Assembly: GCA_963785385.1 (NCBI GenBank)
Contig: CAWAVA010000021.1
Span: forward strand, 84,368 to 148,367
DNA: 64,000 nt
Source: an uncultured Conexibacteraceae bacterium
GTDB lineage: Bacteria > Actinomycetota > Thermoleophilia > Solirubrobacterales > Solirubrobacteraceae
Direction: 5' to 3'
Part shown: piece by piece, positions 31,291 to 40,914 of the stretch
Layout of the letters: each line of letters opens with the position of its first letter
Numbering within the stretch: the first letter of the stretch is position 1
Notes under the pieces: model-generated
The model's input: only the letters and a program-made list of their open reading frames with translations
Databases searched by the model: none
What the model was told of the DNA's origin: nothing
Program-made: the position numbers and the translations under genes

Positions 31291-32298
31291 ATGGAGGCTG
31301 AGGAACGATTCGAACTCGCGATAGCACGTGAGGCCTACAGGAAGCTGTACGCCGAGGGCGGGCTGATCATGTTCCAAGCGCACGAGCTCGACAAGCTCGC
31401 TTCAGACTTATCGGTTCCCGAAGCAATCGCGAAGCACGTGGTTCGAAAATTGGCTGACAGGTCTCTCCTTCGGACCGAGGACGGCTGGAGCTACATCGCC
31501 GATATCCGACTAGCGGCACGGTACGAAGAGGAGTACGAGCGACAGGAATTCTGGAACCACAACGTCCTTCGTCGTCAAGAGCTTGAAAAGGCGGCCGAAA
31601 CCTTTGAGCGGGACCAGCGTTCCTGCACCTACCAGGAAGGCGAGGAGCAGTTTGTCGACGCCCCGTGGGTCGACGCAATCGCCGCAGCGAAAACGCTGGA
31701 ACTCCTGGACCTGATTGACGTTCGCGAGTACATGGGCCATAACTTCGAGATCAGCATCACAAGCCGGGGATACGATCTGGTCCGCGGCGAGGAGGCCCTG
31801 CGGAATCAACTGCCGGTGTCAGCCGCAGACGACGAGGGTGCGCACACGCCGGTCCCGCGTGACCTCCTCATCGACCTTGTCACCTCTGCTGAAGAGCTCC
31901 TCCGGCAACGCGATTGGGCTGGCGCCGCACGGGAGCTGGCTCGCGGCGACGCTCAGTTCGACGAAAAGCACTGGACCGACGCCGTGCGTGAGTATTACGC
32001 CGCGACCGAGAGCGGGCTGAAGCACCGCCTCGACGAGGAGGGCCTGCCTTACGGCGATGGAGCCGCGCTCAAGGATCTGGCCCGCCTCGCGGCGCAGCGC
32101 GACCTGATTCCGCTCAACTACCAAGCCTTGTTCGGATTTGCGGACTCGATCCGGTCGCCAAGAAGTCACGGGGCCGGCGGAAGTTCCTCAGAAATTGAGA
32201 TCGGGCCGGCGGAGGGTCAGCTAATGGGAAACCTGGCTCGTGCGCTTCTCGTATACCTAGCCCAGCGACCGCGCCACCGTAGAGCACCGGACGTCTAG
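31291..32298 (+). CDS. Winged-helix N-terminus with Abi_C/HEPN-like C-terminal domain
   Basis: DAVRE..AATESGLK helix and IRSPRSHGAG (R...HG) motif. Confidence 0.55.
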   Translation: MEAEERFELAIAREAYRKLYAEGGLIMFQAHELDKLASDLSVPEAIAKHVVRKLADRSLLRTEDGWSYIADIRLAARYEEEYERQEFWNHNVLRRQELEKAAETFERDQRSCTYQEGEEQFVDAPWVDAIAAAKTLELLDLIDVREYMGHNFEISITSRGYDLVRGEEALRNQLPVSAADDEGAHTPVPRDLLIDLVTSAEELLRQRDWAGAARELARGDAQFDEKHWTDAVREYYAATESGLKHRLDEEGLPYGDGAALKDLARLAAQRDLIPLNYQALFGFADSIRSPRSHGAGGSSSEIEIGPAEGQLMGNLARALLVYLAQRPRHRRAPDV

Positions 32299-32317
32299 CA
32301 GCGCTCCTACGCTTCGT

Positions 32318-33040
32318 CTACCGCATACCTTGGTCAGCCCGGGCCAAAGCGCATCGGAGAAGTTCCTCGGCGATGTCTGAAGGCAGTTCCGTAACAGCGA
32401 GCGCCTGTTGCAGAAACGGCTCTAGTTCCGGCCCAGGGCGGGTGAAGCCAAGTGATCGGCGGTCGAGAAGGTTCCAGCCCGAGCCGTCAGCGACGAAACA
32501 CTCGCGCACCCACCATTCGTATCCGTCCCATTCGATGTGCCAGTACCCGCGACGGTCGTCACCGGCCCTGGCGAACCAGAGGTCCGCACCCTTGAAGATC
32601 ATCCTTCTCATTGGGTCAGTCCGGGCGTCTGCTTCATCGTCGACTTCGCTAGGCATGTCGATAGCAAATGCGGGATCCACGTTGCGAGCCGCGCTCAGCG
32701 CCTGGGTGTGTGCAAACTCGCGCATGGGGGGAACCTCCTCGGGCTTGCGTCCCAGAGCCTTCATGCGGGTCATCTCCCACACTGCGCGGTATCGGCCGAT
32801 GGCGCTGCCGGCAGGACCCTTCGGTAGCTGTTCCATTTCTAGTTCGACGGTCGCCCACGGGACGGAGCGACCCGCCTCCTTTGCCCATCGCACGACGGTG
32901 GATCTCTTCCACACTCGCCCCCCGGTCAGTTCCGCAACTGGATCCGGGAAGTCCTTGGTGCGAACGAGCTGGTCCGCACGCTGACGAGTGACGCTGAGGA
33001 GCTTTGCGATCTCTCGGACTCCAACCAAGCGAGAATTCAT
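32318..33040 (-). CDS. AlpA/MerR-like HTH fused to an unknown C-terminal domain
   Basis: LVGVREIAKLLSVTRQRADQL...FPDPVAELTGGRVW. Confidence 0.7.
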   Translation of the reverse strand: MNSRLVGVREIAKLLSVTRQRADQLVRTKDFPDPVAELTGGRVWKRSTVVRWAKEAGRSVPWATVELEMEQLPKGPAGSAIGRYRAVWEMTRMKALGRKPEEVPPMREFAHTQALSAARNVDPAFAIDMPSEVDDEADARTDPMRRMIFKGADLWFARAGDDRRGYWHIEWDGYEWWVRECFVADGSGWNLLDRRSLGFTRPGPELEPFLQQALAVTELPSDIAEELLRCALARADQGMR

Positions 33041-33174
33041 ACCGTAAGTTTGTCAGATAGCAAGGGCAAAACGCAAGGCGCGAGAGCAAGACCTGTTGAG
33101 ACCAGGTCGGCGCAGAATCGGCGGCGCCAGTAGACGCCCGGAAGGTCGTCGAGGGGCAGCCTGGAAGCGGTCGG

Positions 33175-33212
33175 GGGCAGACGGGGGGCAGACCAAGCCT
33201 CCGAAACCGACC
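33175..33212 (+). repeat. Direct repeat copy 2 (arm-type sites next to the att core)
   Basis: GGGCAGACGGGGGGCAGACCAAGCCTCCGAAACCGACC. Confidence 0.85.
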
Positions 33213-33302
33213 TAAGCACGGCGGACCTGGGCAACCGTGAAAGTGCCGCATTTGCAGGCTAAACGGCTAGATGCACCGAAAGGCACCTAAGTGCTCCCAG
33301 GC

Positions 33303-33355
33303 ACTCAAAATCCGCTGCCCGCAAGGGCGTGGGGGTTCAAATCCCCCCCGCGGTA
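33303..33355 (+). other. Attachment site: orphan 3' half of tRNA-Leu(CAA)
   Basis: Anticodon loop CTCAAAA, long variable arm GCCC-GCAA-GGGC, T-arm GGGGG-TTCAAAT-CCCCC and acceptor 3' strand are present; the D-arm and 5' acceptor strand are absent upstream. Confidence 0.85.
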
Positions 33356-33419
33356 CTGAACAGGTGCGGACGGATCTTTGGCCGCGTGGATGTCGACATC
33401 CGCCGTAACGGCTGAGACG

Positions 33420-34932
33420 ATGTCGACGATGCTCGACACCGAGGACGAGAACGTCGCCTACCCCGCAGGGCGGCCGCTCCGGGGCCGGGCCGTGAATCTG
33501 GTCGCTCCGCACGTGGTGGTGCTGTTCGGCGCGACCGGAGACCTTGCGCGCCGCAAGCTGCTGCCCGGACTGTCCGTGCTCGCGGAGTCGCATGCTGGCG
33601 CCTGAGCTGCGGGTCGTCGGAACCTCGCTCGACGACCTCGACGACGCATGCGTTCAAGGAGCTTGGCGCGTGACGCGATCCACGAGTTCGGGTCGGCGGC
33701 AAGCTCTCGAAGAGGCCGAGCTTGAGGCGTTCCTCGGCAAGCTGCGCTACGTCCGTCAGAGCGACGGGGTCGAGGCGCTCGCGCGCGGCGGTCCGCGAGG
33801 CTGAGGCCGAGCTGGGGGAGGGCGCACGCCTGCTGCACTACCTGAGCGTGCCGCCGCGGGCCGCCGGCGCGGTGATCGAGACGCTGAAGGAGGCCGGCCT
33901 GGTCGATCGAGCTCGCGTGATCATGGAGAAGCCGTTCGGCAACGACCTCGAGAGCGCCGTCAAGCTCAACGCCAAGGTTCACGAGACGTTCGAGGAGCGC
34001 CAGATCTTCCGGATCGACCACTTCCTCGGCAAGGAGCCGGCGCAGAACATCCTCGCGTTCCGCTTCGCCAACGGTCTGTTCGAGCCGATCTGGAACCGCA
34101 ACTTCATCGACCACATTCAGATCGACATCCCGGAGAAGCTTGGTCTCGAGAACAGGGCCGAGTTCTACGAGGCGACCGGCGCCTACCGGGACATGGTCGT
34201 CACGCATCTACTGCAGGTGCTGGCGTTCGTCGCGATCGAGCCGCCGACCGCGCTCGAGCCGCGCGCGATCAGCGAGGAGAAGAACAAGGTCTTCCGATCG
34301 CTGCTGCCGATCGATCCGGCCAACGTCGTACGCGGCCAGTACGACGGATACCGCGACGAGGACGGGGTCTCGCCGCACTCGGACACCGAGACGTTCATCG
34401 CCCTGAAGTGCGAGATCGACAACTGGCGCTGGGCAGGGGTGCCGTTCTACCTGCGCACCGGCAAGCGGATGGCGGAGGGCCAGCGGATCGTGTCGATCGC
34501 GTTCCGTGAAGCCCCAAAGAGCATGTTCCCGGCCAACTCGGGCGTCGGCACACAAGGGTCCTGACCACCTGACGTTCGATCTCGCCGACGCGTCGAGGCT
34601 GTCGCTCTCGTTCTACGGCAAGCGACCCGGGCCGGGCATGCGTCTGGACAAGCTCAGCATGCAGTTCGCGACCAGCGATACCGACGAGTGTCACCGACGT
34701 GCTCGAGGCCTACGAGCGCCTGATCCTCGACACGCTCAGGGGCGACCACACGCTGTTCACCACGGCCGAGGGAATCGAGAGCCTGTGGGAGCGCTCGACG
34801 GCGCTCCTGGAGGACCCGCCGCCGGTGAAGCTCTATGCGCCGGGCTCCTGGGGGCCGAACGCGATCCACCAGCTGATCGCGCCGCACGCCTGGCGGCTGC
34901 CGTTCGAGCGCGCCTGGCGTGGTGATCACTGA
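33420..34932 (+). CDS. zwf: Glucose-6-phosphate 1-dehydrogenase (frameshifted)
   Basis: [40 protein letters not shown]. Confidence 0.9.
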
Positions 34933-36836
34933 CGCGTCCCGCGCTGCCTTCTGAGCACGTTCATCAGCTCCTCATAAGGGCCGGCCAGGTAGGCGTCGTC
35001 ACCGGCCGCCAGGCGGTGTCCCGCGCCGCGGCGGGTGCTCGAGCGTCCGCTCTGAGCCATCGTCGGCGTCGCGTCCGATCGCGATCACCCGCAGGCTCGC
35101 GCCGAGTTCGCTCATCGCGACGCCATCGAGCCCGCCACCCGGCCTGACCGGCAGCCGCGCGAGCAGGAACGGGTGGCTGCCGACATAGAAGCTGAACAGG
35201 ACCTCCATGCCGAGCGCGGCGCCGGCGAACCAGGGCGCGGAGATCGCCGCGGTCGACCAGACGTGGCGGAAGTCAAAGCTCGTCCTCCAGGTGGTGGCCG
35301 AGCTCGCGGTCCGACGACGCGCAGGACGACCGGCACCTCCTCCCAGCGGTCCCGAGCCGGTCGCGAACGGCCAGGCCGGTCTCGATGTTCGCCAGGTCAT
35401 CGGAGGTGACGATCGCGACCGAAGCCGCCGTCGACAGGTTGACCGAGTCGAGCGTCTGGCCGAGCGTCGAGTCGCCGAGCACCAGCGGCACCCCACGCTG
35501 GCGGACCTGGTTGAGGTAGCGGTTGCTCTCGTCCCGCTCGACGACGACGACGCGTGCGGCCGCGCGCGAGCAGACCGTCGAGCACCTTCATCCCGACGGC
35601 GCCGAGCCCGACCATCACGACGTGCCCCGCATCCCGGGGATCTCGGCCTGCCCGAGCGACTGGGCGATCCGCCGCGCAGACCAGCGCGTTGGTCAGCAGC
35701 GCGAAGATCGTCGTCACCAGCGTCGTCCCGGCGACGATCAGGCAGATCCCGAAGACCTCCATGTAGATCGGCTGCGTGGAGAACGAGAAGTCGCCGAACC
35801 CGACGGTCGCGACCGTCTCGACGGTGAAGTAGACGGAGCTGATGCAGCCCGAGGCCGCCCGCGCCTGCTGGTAGCCGAAGTGCAGGACCAGCGTCGAGAT
35901 CACCAGCAGCGCGAGGCCGAGACCGAGCGCGATCCGCAGCGAGTCGGCCGCCGTCGCTCATCAGCTCGGCCGCAGGCGCCGCGAGGCTCCCGACCAGCCG
36001 CTGGCCCGTCTGCTGGATCTCAGCCCCGGCGCTCAGGCGCGCACCGAAGCCGCGCGCCTCGACCTCCTCGCGGGTGCCGAGCAGCGTCACCCGGTCGCCC
36101 TCGTCGGACGCGGTGGTCGCGGCCCGGGCAGACGACCGGCTCGGCGTTCGCGCTGCTCGCGACGCCGAGCGGCACGAGGCTGCCGTAGAGCTCGCGCAGC
36201 GTGTCGTCGCGCGGCGCGACGACCTCGATCGTCACGAAGTGCGTCGAGCCGATCTTGATGTCGTGCGCGCGGCGCTTGATGCAGGCCTCGACGACCGACG
36301 GCGCGAACAGCGAGGCGACGTCGATCACCGTGGCGTCGCCGGTCTTCTCCTCGACCGCGCGGGCGAGCGCCGGGTTGTCGAGCTGGGCGACCAGCCGGAC
36401 GTCCTGGCGCAGGCCGCGCGCGAGCAGCACGGTCTCGAGCGTCCGCAGGTCGCTCGACTCGATGCAGATCACCGCCTCGGCGCCGGCGATCCCCGCCTCG
36501 GCCAGGGACTCGCCGATCCGCGACCCGCGCGCCGATCACGGGCACGTCCAGGCGGCGCAGCGCTCGCAGCTCGCGCTCGTGACTGCCCTCGTCGTCGATC
36601 ACGACGACCCGCGCCCCGGCGCGCAGCAACTGCTCGACGGTCTGCACGACGACCGGCTGCAGACCGCAGACGATCACGTGGCCGATCCAGTGGCGGCAGT
36701 CCACGGGAACCTGGGCCGTCGTATCGGCCGGGGCTGGCGTGTTCCCCGGCCGTGTCGTATCGGCCGCGGGGCCGACTGTCGAGGGGTCGACTGGCGAGGA
36801 GTCGACGGTGGAGGGGCGTCTGCTCGTGCCTGACAC
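34926..36836 (-). CDS. TrkA-N/RCK domain ion-channel protein (heavily frameshifted)
   Basis: HVIVCGL, TVATVGFGD pore loop, HVVMVGLGAVG. Confidence 0.7.
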
Positions 36837-36939
36837 GACAGAGGATCCTTGCGGGCCGGCTCGACCGGCGCTATGGCCCGATGGCGCACGCGATCGAGCC
36901 CCTGGCCTCCAGGCTGACAGGCAGGCGTACAGTGGAGTG

Positions 36940-37329
36940 GTGGCGATCGCTGACGAGACGTACGTGCTTTTCACGACGTTCAAGCGCGACGGGACGCCCG
37001 TTTCGACCCCGGTCTGGTGGGTGCAGCTCGGGCCCGGCAGCTTCGGGTTCTGGACGAGTTCATCCTCCGGTAAGGCGCAGCGCCTGGCCCACACCGAGAA
37101 GGTGACGGTTCAGCCCTGCAATGCGCGCGGCCACGTGAAGCCCGGCACCGAGCCGTTACCTGCCGTTGCGCGGCTCGTCATGGGCGAGGAGCTGCAGGCG
37201 ATCCGCGTGGAGGTGGTCGCCAAGTACGGGTTCCTGACCAAGCTGACCAAGATCGCCGCCAAGTTCGGCGGATGGATTCAGCGCAAGCCGTTCCCGTACG
37301 GCGACCGTGGCGTGATCGTCACGCTCTGA
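36940..37329 (+). CDS. PPOX-class F420-dependent oxidoreductase
   Basis: YVLFTTFKRDGTPVSTPVW...SGK..RL. Confidence 0.85.
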   Translation: MAIADETYVLFTTFKRDGTPVSTPVWWVQLGPGSFGFWTSSSSGKAQRLAHTEKVTVQPCNARGHVKPGTEPLPAVARLVMGEELQAIRVEVVAKYGFLTKLTKIAAKFGGWIQRKPFPYGDRGVIVTL

Positions 37330-37392
37330 TCCTGGGGCGCTGGTCCTGACGCATACAATCGTCCGCGCCGCAGTGCGCGGTCGCCGGTCAGC

Positions 37393-37474
37393 GCGGGCGT
37401 GGCGAAATTGGTAGACGCGCCGGCTTTAGGTGCCGGTGGCTTCGGCCGTGGGGGTTCGAGTCCCTCCGCCCGCA
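37393..37474 (+). tRNA. tRNA-Leu(TAG)
   Basis: Full cloverleaf: GCGGGCG/CGCCCGC acceptor, CCGGC-TTTAGGT-GCCGG anticodon arm, long variable arm, TTCGA T-loop. Confidence 0.95.
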
Positions 37475-37899
37475 CTGTCCTCGGTCAGCTCGTCAACGAT
37501 CTCCAGATCCTCGACGGCCTCCCAGATCGGGCCGACGGGGTGGCAGCGCTCACGCAGGATGCGGCGTTCCTCGTCGAGCAGGGCCTCACGCAGGAGCTTG
37601 GCTCGCGAACCAGTGACGCCGGTGAAACGGATTCCGGAGGCGCCCTTCGAGATCCAGACGACCTCAGCCGTGAACGGAACGTCGCCGACGCCCGGCACTT
37701 CGAGTGCGAACCCGATCGGAACCCCAGGGGTACACGGCAACTCGCCCGTCAGCTGCGCGCCGCCCAGCGAGATGTCGATCACCTGGGTCGAGACCTCCCA
37801 GGGCACATTGATCCGCACCCACCAGTCGGTCTTGATCCTGTGGTGCTTGCGCAGTCTGGCGGCCGCGGCAAGCTCAGCCGTTTCGCTGGAGGCGGACAT
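37426..37899 (-). CDS. PilZ domain protein
   Basis: RKHHR (RxxxR) and DISLGG (DxSxxG). Confidence 0.75.
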   Translation of the reverse strand: MSASSETAELAAAARLRKHHRIKTDWWVRINVPWEVSTQVIDISLGGAQLTGELPCTPGVPIGFALEVPGVGDVPFTAEVVWISKGASGIRFTGVTGSRAKLLREALLDEERRILRERCHPVGPIWEAVEDLEIVDELTEDSAGGGTRTPTAEATGT

Positions 37900-38009
37900 G
37901 TAAATGATTTCGGAACCGAAGCGCGCAGAGGGTGGCGCTGCAAGAAATCTTGCAGCGCCGAGCGCCAACGGTCGAGAGCAGAGCTGCCGGCGCGGCGCGC
38001 CTGTCCGCC

Positions 38010-38819
38010 TCAACTCGCGAAACGCAGCGACCCCGGGGTATCGAGTGTCTCGCCGGTCTCGAGCAGTGTCTTGAGCCCTGACAGGATCATCGGCCAGCCG
38101 CCGTAGAGCTCGGCACTCGCGCCGGGCGGGAGCTGATCGTGGGTGACCGTCAGCCTGCATGAGGTGCCGACGGGCTCGATCTCCCAGGTGACCCGCGTGG
38201 CGCCCACCGCCCTCACGTCATCGCTCCAGAGTGCCGTGAAGCTCTGGACGAGCAGTCGGGGGGGTTCAACCGTGAGGTTCTCTCCGGATGCGAGGTCGAC
38301 CACCCCCGGCACGGCGAGCGAGTAGTCAGCGCCCTGCTCCCAGGAGGAGTGGATCTCCGCGCCGAAGCTGTAGGCGGCGTGCTCTGCCGGATCTGTGATC
38401 GCAGCCCACAGCCGTTCCGGGGTGGTCTTGATGAAGACCTCGAAGACGGCGGTTCCGTCCGCGACCGGCGCGGTCCCGTCGGCCCATGAGACCTGCTTGT
38501 GAGTTTCCACGGTTGCATCCTCCAGATGGGTCTTGAGCGCGCTGAGCGTGGCCGCCCACGGCGCGGCATATTTGCTCACCCACCGATCGTGAGCGAGTCG
38601 AATCGGGACCGCGTTCAGGTAATGGAGCTTCTCGCGGCCCTGCCGCCGCGTGGTCACGAGTCCGGCCGCCTCCAGCACCCCGAGGTGCTTCATCACGCCG
38701 AACCGTGACATTTCCACGCGCGACTCCAGTTCGGTCAGCGTCTGGCCGTCGCGCATGAAGAGCTCATCCAGCAGACCGCGTCGTGTGGGGTCGGCCAACG
38801 CCCTGAACACCGCATCCAT
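38010..38819 (-). CDS. ArsR/SmtB regulator fused to SRPBCC (AHSA1) domain
   Basis: FRALADPTRR..KHLGVLEAAGLV; TPERLW..ITDP, GGWPMILSGLK. Confidence 0.88.
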   Translation of the reverse strand: MDAVFRALADPTRRGLLDELFMRDGQTLTELESRVEMSRFGVMKHLGVLEAAGLVTTRRQGREKLHYLNAVPIRLAHDRWVSKYAAPWAATLSALKTHLEDATVETHKQVSWADGTAPVADGTAVFEVFIKTTPERLWAAITDPAEHAAYSFGAEIHSSWEQGADYSLAVPGVVDLASGENLTVEPPRLLVQSFTALWSDDVRAVGATRVTWEIEPVGTSCRLTVTHDQLPPGASAELYGGWPMILSGLKTLLETGETLDTPGSLRFAS

Positions 38820-38826
38820 GACTCTT

Positions 38827-38856
38827 ATCATATGTGACCGTTTGGTCACATGTCAA
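38827..38856 (-). promoter_or_regulatory. Leaderless sigma70-type promoter with ArsR-type operator
   Basis: TTGACA-N18-TATGAT ending 7 nt before the ATG; ATGTGACC-N4-GGTCACAT palindrome (38832-38851) between the boxes. Confidence 0.75.
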
Positions 38857-38869
38857 CTCGGATCGGTGC

Positions 38870-39953
38870 TCAGAAGCGGTGTCTGGCCAGCCGAAGCCCG
38901 CCGCGAACGCCCGACTCGCTCATCGCCTGGGCGGCGGGCACCATCTCACTGGTCACGAGTCCGTGTGCTGACGTGATCTCGTCGATCACCGGAAACGCCT
39001 GTGCGATCTGCTCGGGTCGGTCGATCACCACCGTGCAGACCGGCACGTGACGCTTGATCTGGAAGACCCGGTCGCCGTGCGGCGGGTGGCTGCCGTGGAA
39101 GCCCCAGATGCCGCGAAGGGCGGTCGCCCCGGCGACCTCGGTCTCCCGCTGCAGCCGGTGCACGAGCTCAAGGTGGAGCGGCCGGCCGCCGGCGGTGGTC
39201 GCCGCGTGCGAGGTGTAGATCATCAGTTTCTGCCAGAGCGCGAGGCCATGCTCGTCCGTACCCGGCAGCTCCTGCGGCCCGGCGAGCAGTTCGCCATCTC
39301 GCTTACAGACCCGTGTGCGCTCGAGCGTGATCAGCGGGTCGCGTAACAGGCCTCCGAGCTCGGGAAGAACAGCCGCGAGCCTTGCGCCCGAGCCGATCAC
39401 GATCAGCATCATCGGTACGTCGGCGTTGCGTCCGAAGAACCTCGCGCGGAAGCGCTGTCCGCGGCGGGTGCCGTCGACGCCGAGCAGCACCGTCGCTCCA
39501 GCCAGTCCGCGACGATGCATGCAGCTCGCACAAAGCCACGAACGCCGGCCGCCCATCGATGCGGTCCTGCCGACCGAGGTAGATCGTCAGCTTGGTCGCC
39601 TCGTAGAGCTCCTGTGGCAGTTGCACCGCGCCGACCTCGCCCGAGAGCAGACGGGCGCGTTCGAGTGTGATCAGTCCCCTGCGCTTGATCTGAAGCAGCT
39701 GCTCGAGCAGCGACTCGATCCGCGCGCGCTCGTCGACCGCGATCGACACGACGGGCAGGTCCTCTGACGGTGTCAGCAGCCGGTCCGTGCGGAGGTGATG
39801 CAGGCGCCCGAAGCCCTCGGCACCACGGAGGACGATGCTCGCGGCCACGCGATGGCTCCCGTACAGGCCCATCAGCTCATCGCCGAGCAGACCGTGTTCG
39901 GTGCGGTCGCGCTCGCCGAAGTATGTGGTCAGTTTGAGGCAGTCCTCGTTCAC
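38870..39953 (-). CDS. DUF190 (PII-like) multi-domain protein (frameshift near 39520)
   Basis: Repeated KL..Y / GAT.LRG..GF / DLP motifs; downstream of the crcB pair. Confidence 0.8.
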
Positions 39954-40315
39954 AGCGCCAATCCGATCGTACGGCCGAGCAGGGCTGCCGCGAAGCCGAG
40001 CACCAGGCTCAGCAGCCCGTTGATCACGGCAGCTGACATCTGCCCATCCTCCGCGAGGCGGTAGGTCTCGAGCGTCCAGGTTGAGAAGGTCGTGTAGGAG
40101 CCGAGCGTCGCGGTCCCCGCGAGCAGGTAGACGTTTCCGCCCGCGCCGACACCCACCAGCAGCCCAAGCGCGAAGGTCCCCGAGAGGTTGACCACAAACG
40201 TCCCGAGCGGAAAACTCCCACTGGCACGGGCCGTGATCAGCCTGTCGACGACGAACCGCCCGATCGCTCCAATCCCGCCGATCACCGCCACGCCTATCCA
40301 GAGCCAGACCGTCAC
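39950..40315 (-). CDS. crcB: Fluoride channel Fluc/CrcB
   Basis: [25 protein letters not shown]. Confidence 0.9.
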   Translation of the reverse strand: MTVWLWIGVAVIGGIGAIGRFVVDRLITARASGSFPLGTFVVNLSGTFALGLLVGVGAGGNVYLLAGTATLGSYTTFSTWTLETYRLAEDGQMSAAVINGLLSLVLGFAAALLGRTIGLAL

Positions 40316-40713
40316 GCGAGCCGTGCCCTTCTGACGATCGAGCTCGCCAGCCAGATCGCCAGCAATCCCGCGGTCAGGCTGATGAGGGCGTACGCGGCGG
40401 CGAGACCGTAGTGACGTCCCTCGACCATCTTGAGAATCTCGACCTCCATGGTCGAGAAGGTCGTATACGCGCCGCAGAGCCCGGTGCCCAGGAGCGGGCG
40501 GCGGTACGTGGACTGCGGCAGGCGCTCCTGCAATCTGGTTGCGAAGTAGGCGAGCAGGAACGAGCCGCTGACGTTGATCGCGAAGATCGTCCATGGCCAC
40601 GAGCTGACGTCCTGGGTGTAGCGCTGGCTCAGCCACACCCGTGCAATCGCTCCGACGGCGCCACCGGCGAAGATCGCCGCCAGTTCCTGGCGATCGAGCC
40701 GCCCCATGATCAA
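40312..40713 (-). CDS. crcB: Fluoride channel Fluc/CrcB
   Basis: [27 protein letters not shown]. Confidence 0.9.
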   Translation of the reverse strand: MIMGRLDRQELAAIFAGGAVGAIARVWLSQRYTQDVSSWPWTIFAINVSGSFLLAYFATRLQERLPQSTYRRPLLGTGLCGAYTTFSTMEVEILKMVEGRHYGLAAAYALISLTAGLLAIWLASSIVRRARLA

Positions 40714-40753
40714 TTCTCCCTTCGCGTCACGTTGTTGTCGGGCTATCCGCGAA

Positions 40754-40843
40754 AGGAGCCATCAGCCCTGTGTGATCTGGGCGGTTCGGGGGCTTGGCCC
40801 GGCGATTGACCGTTCCAGAGCCTCGCGTCAGAGCTCCATCTGA
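40754..40843 (-). ncRNA. Fluoride (crcB) riboswitch, variant with long insertion
   Basis: Minus strand: TCAGA-TGGAGC-TCTGA, 41 nt, AACC-GCCC...GGGC-TGATG-GCTCC-T; pseudoknot GGAGC/GCTCC; upstream of crcB. Confidence 0.75.
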
Positions 40844-40914
40844 ACCGCTGAGGATATCCAAGCTGACCCCGGATTGCGGTGCAAATGGTGGGCCGGCCTG
40901 CCGTGGCAGGAGGA

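Larger units (their letters stand above)
1..33355. mobile_element. Integrative conjugative element (right part; left end outside window) integrated in tRNA-Leu(CAA)
   Basis: Contains a T4SS operon, xis and tyrosine integrase, and defence cargo; ends at an orphan 3' half of tRNA-Leu, after which housekeeping genes (zwf) begin. Confidence 0.85.

Noticed and set aside
33267-33355. Intact tRNA-Leu(CAA) gene
   Set aside because: The 5' acceptor strand, D-arm and 5' anticodon stem are missing; treated as an att site.
36715-36815. Short repeats (GTCGTATCGGCCG twice; GTCGA runs)
   Set aside because: They encode a low-complexity N-terminal linker (ADTT/PSTV) of the TrkA-domain protein.
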